DNA from: Octopus vulgaris | Lineage: Eukaryota | Direction of reading: 5' to 3' | Length of the DNA stretch: 64,000 nt | NCBI GenBank assembly: GCA_951406725.2 | Contig: OX597816.1 | Location: forward strand, 54,188,001-54,252,000 | Shown: positions 53,346-64,000 of the stretch, in pieces | How the letters are laid out: each line of letters opens with the position of its first letter | Position numbering within the stretch: the first letter of the stretch is position 1 | Notes under the pieces: generated by a model | The model's database searches: none | Told to the model about the DNA's origin: nothing | The model's input: only the letters and a program-made list of their open reading frames with translations | Program-made: the position numbers and the translations under genes

Positions 53346-54170
53346 CTAGGAAAAATGCAAGCAAGAGAAATAATATTCTTAAGATTATAAACCTGAAAAA
53401 GCGCAGGACAGGTTATTACATTTGGTAAAGTATAGAACAAGAACATTTTTACTTAAAATATTGCAGCTAGCGATAAAATTTCGAATAAAATATTTAGATT
53501 TAGAAAATATTACCTTTTATTAAAACTAAAATTTTTATTACAAGCTATTACTTCCATTTGTTATTACTTGTTACTTCTATTAAAATAACTCAAAATATTT
53601 GTTGCACTTTAAAATTCATTTTTTAAAATTATTAATTAATAATTAGAAATTTGAAAATAAGTTAAAAAAATAATAATACATAATTAGTTAATACAATAGA
53701 TAGAATACAAAAATTAGTTATATATTACAGTAAAATCTACCTATAACAACAAATTCACAGTAAAATTTGCTTGAGTTATTGCCTAAGTTATTGCCAAGTC
53801 TTCACATTTTTAGTCATGATCCAATGCCTATTTTTTACATAATGAATTTGCCTACCATATATACTATTCTGCTTTGCATAAAACTATAGCTATATTGATA
53901 TTTCTAGCTCTCATTTTTAAAGCATTTTAGTGCGTCAATATTTTAACAAAATGATGAACTATAATGTTACTTTGTAAATTAAAATCAAATAATCTTTTAT
54001 ATTCAAATTTTATCCTTCGCTGCAATATTTTAAGTAAAAATGTTCTTGTTCTGTGCTTTCCCAGATGCAATCACTTGTCCTGAACTTTTCCAAGTGTAAT
54101 AACTTGTCCTGTACTTTTCCAGGTTTATATTCTTAAGAATATTTCTCTTGCTCGTATTTTTCCATGTAAT
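53342..54170. mobile_element. Foldback/MITE-like element with ~150-bp modular TIRs
   Basis: 53342-~53490 matches the reverse complement of ~53995-54170 (shared agaacaagaacatttttacttaaaatattgcagc). The right arm has an extra ~30-bp subrepeat (acttgtcctg.acttttcca). Confidence 0.8.
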
Positions 54171-55433
54171 CCATATTTTTTCCAGGCTGTGCTATTATAC
54201 ATATTAATAACGGGACTGTGTTTACATGATATAATTGCATTAATTAATACAGATGACGTAATTAAACTAATAGCATATTAGGGGTGTCGTTGATAATTTT
54301 TCCATACGTCAATGATGCCGGTGACATATATTAAAAATCCCCTTATAGAACTATATTCATAAAAACGTATAGAACTATATTATCACTCTCAAATTTGAGA
54401 AAAAAAACTCATAAGTTATTTTATTTTAAAACTTCATTGCACAAGATTGATACCATGAAATTCCTCGAATTAACCTCTATCATTTAAGCTTAATTAAAAT
54501 ATAGTTTGCTTTTAAAATAGATAAGTTAATTATACTTAAATCCAATTTTTGGCCTTACCTATAATGTTTTTGTAATATTTTACCTTACAACTATTTTGAT
54601 AGAAATTTTTGTTGCATGGGATCAAAACTATGCAACTCCTCATGCTTTCTACTATCACTGAAGCTAAGATAAATATATTTTGCTTTTAGAATTAAAGAAA
54701 AACAAGTTATTTAGATCTTCATTTGACTGGAGGTGTTACTTACTTTCCTATAACGTTCTAACAAATTTTGATGTAAACTTTTTCTACAGGACCAAATATC
54801 AACTTTTTACGTTAAAATGTAGCCAGAAACCAGTCCTTTTTAAAAATGTTAACAGGTTTCAATTTGATTAAGAACTGAATTAGCGACAAAGCTCTGAAGG
54901 TGATGTGTGTGAGTCAATTGCGGCATTAAGAATATTATTCAACTACTACAGTAGTTGAATGATATAACTTTGATAACTTTTATAGGTTCGTCTGGTATGT
55001 TGATCTTTTGTTCATTTTTTATGTATCTTGAATAATGCTTGCACTGAAGATTAAAAAGTGGATTTTGTGCACTAATTATGAAATCATATGATATACAGCT
55101 GAATTCTGTTTTTAAAATGCTCGCTTCGAGAGTTGCATTCCCTCGTATTCGGTACAATGTGTTTATTTATTTTGGCAGTTTTGACTTTAAGAGTCCCTCC
55201 TAGTGTGTGGTATTTATGTATAGTAATGCCCTTAATATAAATAAATATATTTAATAGAAAAATTGATGGATTTTCCCTTATGAAGTTTTTCACGCTAACT
55301 ACTTGATAAATTCTTATAAAGATTTTATCCTATTTTTCTATTATATATATATATATATATATATGTTAAATAAAATGAGACAACAAAGCCAAGGCTGTGT
55401 GGAATTTTCAGGATATTTATAAAGAGAAAATTA

Positions 55434-55479
55434 GTCTTACAGTTGTTTCTGGGATATTAAGGATATCCCGTCATGAGAG
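55434..55479 (-). ncRNA. Degenerate type I hammerhead-like motif
   Basis: Minus strand: tct-CATGA(core mutated)-c-GGGATA-tccttaa-TATCCC-a-GAAA-CAACTG-TA-aga. Confidence 0.5.
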
Positions 55480-56070
55480 TTAAATAGAAGGAAATATTAG
55501 AGTTCAATATAAAGAGTTATTTTGGAAAAGGATGGAAATAAGAAGTATGAAGGAAAATAAGAGAATAAAAATAAAAATATATGTTGGACGTTATAGTTAC
55601 AGTTCTATTATCCAAGGAAAGTGGTATGTAGAATTGGTAGAAATGCTTTTTGTCCATGGTATGTAAATTCCGATAGAAGTTCATATTTTGTTATTACAAA
55701 TAGAAAGTGTGGAGACGTAGATTCTTGTGGTGTGAATTCACCACAATGCTTCGCGGCATTTTTCTGGTTCTTTTGCTTTCTAAGTTCAAATCCGGTGAAA
55801 GACCATTTTAAAAAAAGTCGATAAAATAGAGTACCAGTCATATACTGTGGTCGATGCAATCAATCAACTAGTCCCGCCCCTCAAACTTACTGGACTTGTA
55901 CCTAATTAGAAACAGTTTATGGCCAGATCCCAGAAGTTGTGAAGTAGACTTTATTCATCACCAGGTTTAACACCAGCACATAGTCCACATGTGATTTAGC
56001 AGAGTCCGCCCCATTGCAAACATTTGGGGCAGTTTTTGGTTTAAGGGTAACTATTTTCATTCCTCCAGAA

Positions 56071-56303
56071 GGCGGCGCGCTGGCAGAGATGTTAGCGCGC
56101 CGGGCGAAATGCTCAGCGGTATTTCGTCCACCGTTACGTTGTGAGTTCAAATTCCGCGGAGGCCGACTTTGCCTTTCATCCGTTCGGAGTCGATAAATTA
56201 AGTACCAGTTACGCACTGGGGTCGACGTAATCGACTTAATACCTATGTATGTCCTTGTTTGTCCCCTCTATGTTTAACCCCTTGTGGGTAATAAAAAAAT
56301 AGG
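56071..56303 (+). mobile_element. SINE family A monomer (preceded by an older degenerate copy ~55730-55910)
   Basis: ggcggcgcgctggcagagatgttagcgcgccgggcgaaatgc..gagttcaaattccgc..gcctttcatcc..gtcgataaattaagtaccag. Confidence 0.92.
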
Positions 56304-59300
56304 TAACTACTTTCGGGGACCGCTAAAAATGAAGGATAATGGGTAATGGTATTCGGCCTGTAACTTTGATACTTAATGCGAATGTCATTTGAAAGTCAAG
56401 TGATGGTCACCTGGAAGTCTCCTGAAGATCAATGTCCGCTGAGTATGTAACAGGCGGTTTGATCCGAATTCTTATAATAGAAGAATGAAGACAAAGGATT
56501 TGTTATTAGTATTTACTTCCAGGTCAGCTTCGACAGGTCAATGGAGTAATGAACAGAATCCAACAGAGATCAAGAGAAATTAATGGCGAGCAAATGTCAC
56601 ACCAGCCTTGATCGTACAGTCCTTCTTCTGGAATAGTGTACTGCGGACTACATTATACACTGTATCATTTTCTAAGACAATAGGGTGTTGTTTGAGGGTG
56701 GCATGGCTGCTAATTCTAGCAGATCGAGTGACTGTGTAGAGGTTTGTTTATTGGCTGGAATCGGTGCTGATGTAAGTCAAAGAGGAGTGTTAAGTCTACC
56801 ACTGAAAGGTTAAAGCTAGTTCTATATTTACCCCCAACTCACTTCTCATTTTCCTGGGCATCGCTTGAACCTTTAATAGTTACTTGTGATAATTACTGAT
56901 CGAGACGAACCTAATGTTAATTGGTTGTTAAGCATGATGGAAATCATCACCACGTGACTGATAAAATATTATTGAAGTGTGGTGGTGGTTTTTGCTTGTA
57001 GGAATCCTATTGATTGTATGTTTTGCCGCGAATACAAAGAAAAGAACTATATTTGAAGAGGTTACTTATGCAATATAACTGCAACCATTTCATAGCTTTC
57101 CTGTATTATTAATTTGATTATAGCTAAAATATTGAAATCTTCAAAGCGTTATATATATATATCTACAAACAAATAAATTTAATTTCTGCTCTAACTATCG
57201 TACAACGTAAAGCATTCCAATTGCACTGAAGTACACAATCTATTTATCTATTTGATAGGTCAGATAATGAAATAGCGTTTTCTTACAGTATTACTGGGGT
57301 CAAGAGCTGCTTCAGTGAAATAACCCCTATTATGGGGGAGGAATGGAACTGTTCAAAACTTCTTCTTATTGATGTTTGACTATTTTGTTTGATATTAAGA
57401 CGGCAAACATATTTAATAATGTTATCGCAAATAGAACTATTTTAACATTTGGATCTCTATGTACAGAGCAGGGTCTGAAAGTATTGATTTATCAAATAGG
57501 AGCAACTGGACCTCAGATTAATGGGAGACGAAGCATTGATTGTGTGACGTCATCAAAATGGTTATCTCTACTGCGATCACCATGGTGTCATTGCACACAC
57601 ACACAGATATATATGTCGATACACACACATATACACCGATGAAAGAGAAAACAGGGAGATAGAGTGAGAGATTAGAATGGGTGAGAGGGGGATAGAAAGG
57701 AGAGGCAAAGATAGAAGAGGGAAAATAGTGACAAGTGTGGGAGAGGAGAAAGAGAGAGAGGAGAAAGAGAGAGAGGAAAGAAACAGGAAGAGAGAGAGCT
57801 ATTAGTAATGCTGATAGACGATTTAAGCACCAGTTAGATGAGGATTGAGATGGATTTGGAAGGTCGACAGATCGTTTCTTGTCTCAGACTGGTGGAGCCG
57901 GTACAGATTTAACTTTCAATGGTAGAATGGAACTAACCCAATCAGGAGACACGCATGTCAGGGAGCACGAATTTTTTTTCTCTAAAACTTAGTGTTTGAA
58001 GCACAGTTCGTTTAGTTGTTCCGAAAATTATGTCATTGCTAAGAATTTAAAGATTTATTTACATCTAATTGATCTTATTTTAAAAGCAAGACTACATAGA
58101 GTTTAAAACCGCTTTCATTACAATCAAATTCCAATGAGTACCAAATTCTTGTGATGTACCAATTCTATACGAGTGTGATGGAATGGGATTTCTGATGAAA
58201 AATAAATACAAAAATTATAGAGAAACATTGATTTATGAAAGACTATTTTATGAAACGGCTTCGACTAATGGACAAGTTAAGGTCTTGGTGCCATTTTAAA
58301 AACTGTGTATAGAGCTCTAAGAATGAAAGAGGAGAGGGAAACCATCACAACTTAGTCACTGTTCTCTTAGATTAATGCTGGGGCAACTATGTCAAAAGAT
58401 GGAACAGTGATCTAATCGCTGAAACACATTATATTTGACGTCATTTAACAAGCTCCGGTTTTTTCTCTCAAACTTTACATAGATATCATCCGATATCTCT
58501 CTTCTTTGGAAATGTCATTATAAATCATCCCAATTTGGGTAATCTGTTGCTGCAAGATATTTCACTCTGTTTATCTTGTACACAATTCGTTCAGAACAAA
58601 ACAAAATTAGAAGGAAAACATATATCCGTTTGCAGTTTGTAATAATAAATTGAACATTTAGTCGGATTTATTCTGGTCAGCATATCATTTCATATATTTA
58701 TTGATTTAGCTAACAATGTTTTCTCTCCTCTGCAGGAATTGTCTAGTTGTTGTTGTCAATAACCATTCTATCCCAGTGTTATGGGCGAATACAATGGAAA
58801 CACACAACACAAACATGGTTTTAAGTCGAAATCTATGAATAAGTGTCGTTCACAACCAACAACAGTTGCATTCATCAGTTGAAAAAGAATGAAATATTGT
58901 TGAAACTGACAGAATCTCCTCTATTGTTAAAAACGAACATATTAATTTCCTCATGTAGAAGAGATTCAGGAAAACACTGATTAACTAGTGTTTTATTCTA
59001 AAGAATTGATTTTGAACGGATTAAAACGAATTAGTGTTTAGGGTCGGCCAGCAATTGGTTGCAGTCCTCTGTTTTTATTTGAAGAATATTGTGAAAATAT
59101 TGTTAAAGTATTGTATTTTAAATATGCTTCGCAGGAAAACAGTGGCTAAGACCACCGGGAAAAATAGTCTTACAATGTTCAAGCCCAAAGAAAACCCGCT
59201 AGGCATTCAATAGATCTGCTAGAAATAGCAGTAAAATCTTCCACAAATCCGAGTTCATCGTCTTTACGAAAGAAAAGACATTAAACAATATAATTTTTAA

Positions 59301-59408
59301 TGTAAAAACGCAAGCAAAGAAACAAATAAACAACAGAAATAAAACGGGATGTTCACATCTGGAGCGTTTTTAGTCATATACCATGTTTAGTCGATCACAT
59401 CCGATCAC

Positions 59409-59409
<1 letters not shown>

Positions 59410-59496
<87 letters not shown>
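59410..59496. repeat. (TATC)n microsatellite abutting the LINE 5' end
   Basis: Perfect tetranucleotide run ending where the putative LINE 5' UTR begins. Confidence 0.95.
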
Positions 59497-59911
59497 CTTT
59501 TGATAGTGTTCGTTGACAGATCGACTCGTAAGTTAACTACTTATTTTATTGTGTTTCTCGAAAAGTTTCGTTGTAAATTTTGCACACGGAGTGTGTAAGA
59601 CACCCAGCTGTCGTCTGGGTGTGTTTTCCGGAGGGGATTATGCCCCTTGGGGCATTTTCAGCCTCAAATATATTTCACAATTTTGGCTGCAATAACTTGT
59701 TTTTTAACATAATGTCGGCGAAGCGTTTCTAGTAAATTACGAACGCTGTTCTCTTTCTTCTCGTTTGTATCCATTATTTACGTTCCACATTGTCGTAGTA
59801 TTGTGACTTTCCAAACGCTCAACTTTCGTTTGAGCCTGTGTTAAATATAGAAATCGCCCATAAGGGCATTTTCAATCTATTTTTATTTTTCTCTTGAAAC
59901 AAAAAATAATA

Positions 59912-61943
59912 ATGTCAAGAAATCTTATAGTGGAAAAATATTCTGCTATGTTTTCTGAAGAAAACTTTCCCAGTTTGCAAAATACAATCGACAAACGCGC
60001 TAACAGTAAAATGGATAATACTCAAACCACCACCACCACGTCATCCACTACCTCAGCTACCAACAACAACAACAATGACAACAAGAATAACAATAATTGC
60101 GACACTGTTTCGATATCTGCTGCCTCGGCTGTCTCTTCTGCCACTGACAACACCACCAACAACAAAAACAACAACAACAACAACTCCGTTCAGACCTGTT
60201 TTACTTCAACGACAAAAACTGAAGTAAATAAACAAAAAACTGTAAAAACCAAACAAATTGTCAAAAGATGCCCGACTACAGGGATAAATTACGAAAATAA
60301 TTTTCCACCCCTTCCTACTTGCACAATCGAACCAAACACACCAATTTTACAAACTGCAGCCAACAACAACATCACCACAAGCAACAACAATAACAAAACA
60401 ACAACAAATTTCGCTGAGGCGATTAAAGAAAAAAAAACAACAATATATTTTACGGCTCAACAAATACAGGACACGAACATTAAAATAACAGAATCAGATG
60501 GTATAGTAAAGATAAACATACCAGAAGACATTTTGGAAGATGAAAAAAGACGAACAATCATTTATAAAATAGTTAACAAAAAAACAAAAATCCCAGAGAA
60601 GGCTAACACAAGCAAAATAGAGAAGTGCTTGAAACCCATCTGGAATCACAAAGAATATGTGACCTGGTGGAACAAATTTGCCCACATACAAGTTGTTTTC
60701 TACACCGAAGAATTAGCTAGACGTTTCTCAACGCTAACTCTTCACTCAGATGAACTCCAACTTACACCAAGCTATCGGGGACAGAAAGTGACTAAGATCC
60801 CTCTAAACAATGTCCCCAAAATAGCTAATAATCTATGGCTTGTAAAGGCCTTATGCGTAAAAATGACGAATTTTACTATTTTGGAAACCACAGTCACAGA
60901 GCATAAAAATTGGGTGGGAAAAAAAGTAGAATTTCTTCTACATATACATCATGAAGATATAAAAAAAATACCCACCCAGTATGTGTATCAGACGACCACA
61001 AGTTATATGTGGTCGTCGATGGCAGAAGACCACTTTGCTACATATGCGGCAGTGAGCAACACCTCAAAAAAGACTGCAAATCTGCCACAAGAAAACAACA
61101 GCAACAACAACAGCAGCCGGAAACAAAAACAAATAAACAAGGTTTACTACCCACACCACTTTTTGCAGGAATAAACCTCACCAAACAAACAACCACACCA
61201 ACTGCAGCACCAAGAACAGAAGCAGCATCACCAACAACAACAACCAAGAATATACCAACTCCCAAACCAAGGACATCTGCCAAAAGGACACCCAGCAAAA
61301 ATGAAGAAACAATTACAACTCCAAATCCCCACAAAATTGAGACCCCAAACAACACAACAATACATACAATCACTCAAACACAAAATACCCAAACCCCACC
61401 TCCAAAACCGCATACACCACAACCAAACGCTCATCAACCAACACCACCAACAAAATCAACACAGTCGACAATAGACCCCAATATTTTCCCTCTTCCAGGC
61501 TCCGATTCGTCTGATTTGTCATTAGACGAAGAAGACACGGAAGATTGGCAAATAGCCACAGGGGGGAGAAGAAAAAGGGGAAAAAAAAAGAAAAGAAAAA
61601 ATAACAAACAAAGCGGGAAGATACACCACTCCCGAAACAAAAACATCCACAGAAAACACACACATCAACACAAACACACCATCATCAAACCCCCCAACAA
61701 TGTTACATTAGGTCAAACACTAACATTACTGAAAACGACATAAAAACAAGTAACCACCCACACACAACACCACCACAACACATTAAAATAATACACGTGA
61801 CACAGAACACATACAGCACCCTGAAATCTCTTTACCCTGATGCAGTAGGGAGATTTCAAAAGTACTCATCGAAAAAACTGTATAAAAGCCTCATAGAAGA
61901 AGACCGTGAGGTGAAAGACAAAGAACTTTCGAAAAACAAGTAA
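59912..61943 (+). pseudogene. LINE ORF1 (gag-like, zinc knuckle), frameshifted
   Basis: ATG at 59912. ORFs 59894-61174 and 61009-61743 overlap in different frames. Contains CYICGSEQHLKKDC (CX2CX4HX4C), Thr/Pro/Asn-rich linkers and a basic RRKRGKKKKRK stretch. The 3' end (61943) is uncertain. Confidence 0.8.
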
Positions 61944-61985
61944 CCTTTTCTCTCTCCTTTTCCTTTTTTGCACTTTTATCGGAAC

Positions 61986-64000
61986 ATGCTCAGAATAGGT
62001 AGTATAAATGTACGTGGCTTGGGGTCGCCTTGGAAACAAGGCTACCTGTTAAATGACATCAAGTCACTAAATCTGAATATCATAGCCATCAGTGAGACCA
62101 GACTCCACAGCTTGCGGGCACTCCAGCACATTTTCGGTACACATTTCAACATTTATTTTTCTCCGTGTCTACCGAGAATGGGCGGAGGTGGCACCGCGGT
62201 GCTTATCCGGAAGAGTCTGGATCTCAAAGTAAGAGCAAATTTCCTAGACCCGGAGGGTAGGCTGGTCGTTTTGGATGTCGATGGCAGCAATGAGTGAGCT
62301 TTTCGACTGATAGCAGTTTATGCTCCGTCCTTAACAGGCCGACCAGATTTCTTTCGACGTCTAGAGTCTTTCATGGGAACGTCTCGTCCTTTACTTTTAG
62401 TGGGGGATTGGAATGCCACCCTGGACACGCATCTAGACTACGTGGGCAGAGATAGCAATAGAAGGGGATGCAAATGCCTCAAAGACCTGCTCAGACGTTT
62501 CCAACTGTCTGACAGGTACCGACTGGACCACCCGAATGTGCCAATGTGGACATGGAGTAACCGCATCGGGTCGTCCAGATCATACTTAGATAGAGTATTC
62601 TGTAGGACAATAGATAAAAATAGTGTAGGTTGTCCACAATTTCATATAGTCAGTTACACAGATCACAAGTTTGTGACTTGTACACTTGACTTAGATAAGA
62701 CACATAGGCAGGGTCCTGGTTACTGGAAACTGAACGCGTCTTTTACAGCACGACAGGTTTACAGGGACCGGATCAGCACATTAGTTAAGAGAGCTTTGAC
62801 AGGTACCATCATCAACAACAGATGGTGGTATGCCCTAAAAAAAGCGATTAAAGCAGAATCAGTCAGATACAGTAGAGCCCTAGCATTAGACCGAAATAGA
62901 ATAGAGGGAGAATTAGTTAAGGTTTTAGAAGAAGCACTTAGAACTGGCATCGCGTCCAACGTGCTGGCGGCGAGATTGGCCCTCGACCAACACCTCAACG
63001 CCAAACACGAGGGATGCGTTGTCAGAGCTAGGATGCGTGCTCTGAGGAACGAAGGAGTTGGAGCCGCCCAAGAGGCCCGAGTGGTGGAGACGCAACGAGG
63101 CAACAGAGCCACCATCAAGTCTCTTATAGATGAACAGGGGCGCGAATTGCTCGAGCCTAAAAGGATGTGTGGGGTTTTTCAACAACACTTCACCCAACTG
63201 TTTGGGACAAGTGGTGAGTCAGAAAGCAGAGTGGACTTTAGTGCCTACCTGCATGCCTTGCCACGACTCTCAGCAAGGGAGGTGGAGTCTTGTGAAAAGC
63301 CTATCACAGCTGCGGACGTACAGGATGCGATGGTAGGCTGCGCGAGAGACAAGTCACCAGGCTTGGATGGTCTGCCCTACGAATTTTATTTTCATATGCC
63401 AGACTTGTTTGGAGGCGTCTTGGCAGCTGTCTACTGCAACTGGCAGCAGAACGGGAGTATTCCTGCTTTTGTAAAGCGAGGAGCAGTGGCACTGATCAAG
63501 AAAGACCCAAACAAGGGGGACATCATAGATAATTTCAGGCCCATCACTCTGCTCAACGCAGATTTGAAAATTTTGGCCAAGGTGTTAGCCGAGAGGTTGG
63601 CGCTTGTCATCAAGAAACTAATCGACAAGGCGCAAACATGCGCCGTGCCGGGTAGAAGTATTCATGACAACCTCCATCTGATGCGCTACATCATAGACAG
63701 GGTAGTTAAAAATCCTGGCATGGGTGGGGCGCTGATCAATTTGGATCAATCAAAAGCCTTCGATAGGGTAGACCATCACTACTTGGAGGCTGTCCTTAAA
63801 GCGGCTGGTTTCGGTCCAGTTTTCCGCGGTTGGATCGCTGCCTTATACAGCGGCATCCGCTCAGTAGTTCGCGTAAATGGTCATCTATCCAGACCTTTTA
63901 ACATCATGCGTTCGGTTCGTCAGGGATGCCCCCTCTCATCGCTGCTGTATGTACTTCTCTTGAGCCACTACTGCGGAAACTGGCGACGCTGAGGGGCATC
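61986..64000 (+). pseudogene. LINE ORF2 (apurinic-like endonuclease + reverse transcriptase), one in-frame stop and a frameshift
   Basis: Motifs MLRIGSINVRGL, ISETRL, GDWNA, SYLDR, YTDHK, SPGLDGLPYEFY, NFRPITLLNADLKILAK, DQSKAFDRVDH and SVRQGCPLS. In-frame TGA at 62295-97 and a frameshift near 63957 (LEPLLRKL in another frame). Confidence 0.95.

Larger units (their letters stand above)
59497..64000 (+). mobile_element. Tx1-clade (L1 group) LINE, 5'-intact, continues beyond the window
   Basis: Putative 5' UTR, ORF1 with a CCHC knuckle and ORF2 with APE endonuclease + RT. The 5' boundary is inferred from the microsatellite edge. Confidence 0.92.

Noticed and set aside
62295-62297. Programmed readthrough or Sec at the in-frame TGA of LINE ORF2
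   Set aside because: It is not a Cys position, the paralogue at ~30000 has sense codons there, and the copy has other lesions; simple mutation is more likely.

Overview
This 64-kb window is eukaryotic, AT-rich and packed with microsatellites ((TA)n, (CA)n, (GA)n, (TATC)n, (TAA)n, (CTA)n). I found no recognisable host protein-coding exon. The repeat families and composition suggest an octopus or other coleoid cephalopod genome; this is an inference, not shown by the sequence. Almost all ORFs in the supplied track are microsatellite or antisense artefacts. The real coding remnants are transposable elements: a near-complete DD37D (maT-type) Tc1/mariner, a DD34E Tc1, mariner ends, two Tx1-clade (L1 group) LINEs, RTE and R4/Dong-like LINE 3' fragments, and a Penelope-like (Naiad-type) RT/GIY-YIG fragment. 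Three tRNA-derived SINE families, a Helitron-like element and several foldback elements are also present. The most interesting signal is a set of non-coding repeats carrying type I hammerhead ribozyme (HHR) motifs. (i) A 534-bp head-to-tail tandem repeat at 19757-20860 has a fully canonical HHR in each unit and is retrozyme-like; it should release a 534-nt self-cleaved RNA. (ii) At 38557-39780 a tRNA-headed (Pol III A/B box) SINE-like element with an HHR tail is inserted as an inverted pair inside one 11-bp target-site duplication. (iii) Several further degenerate HHR-like motifs belong to other families. All structures were derived by eye; no folding or database search was run.
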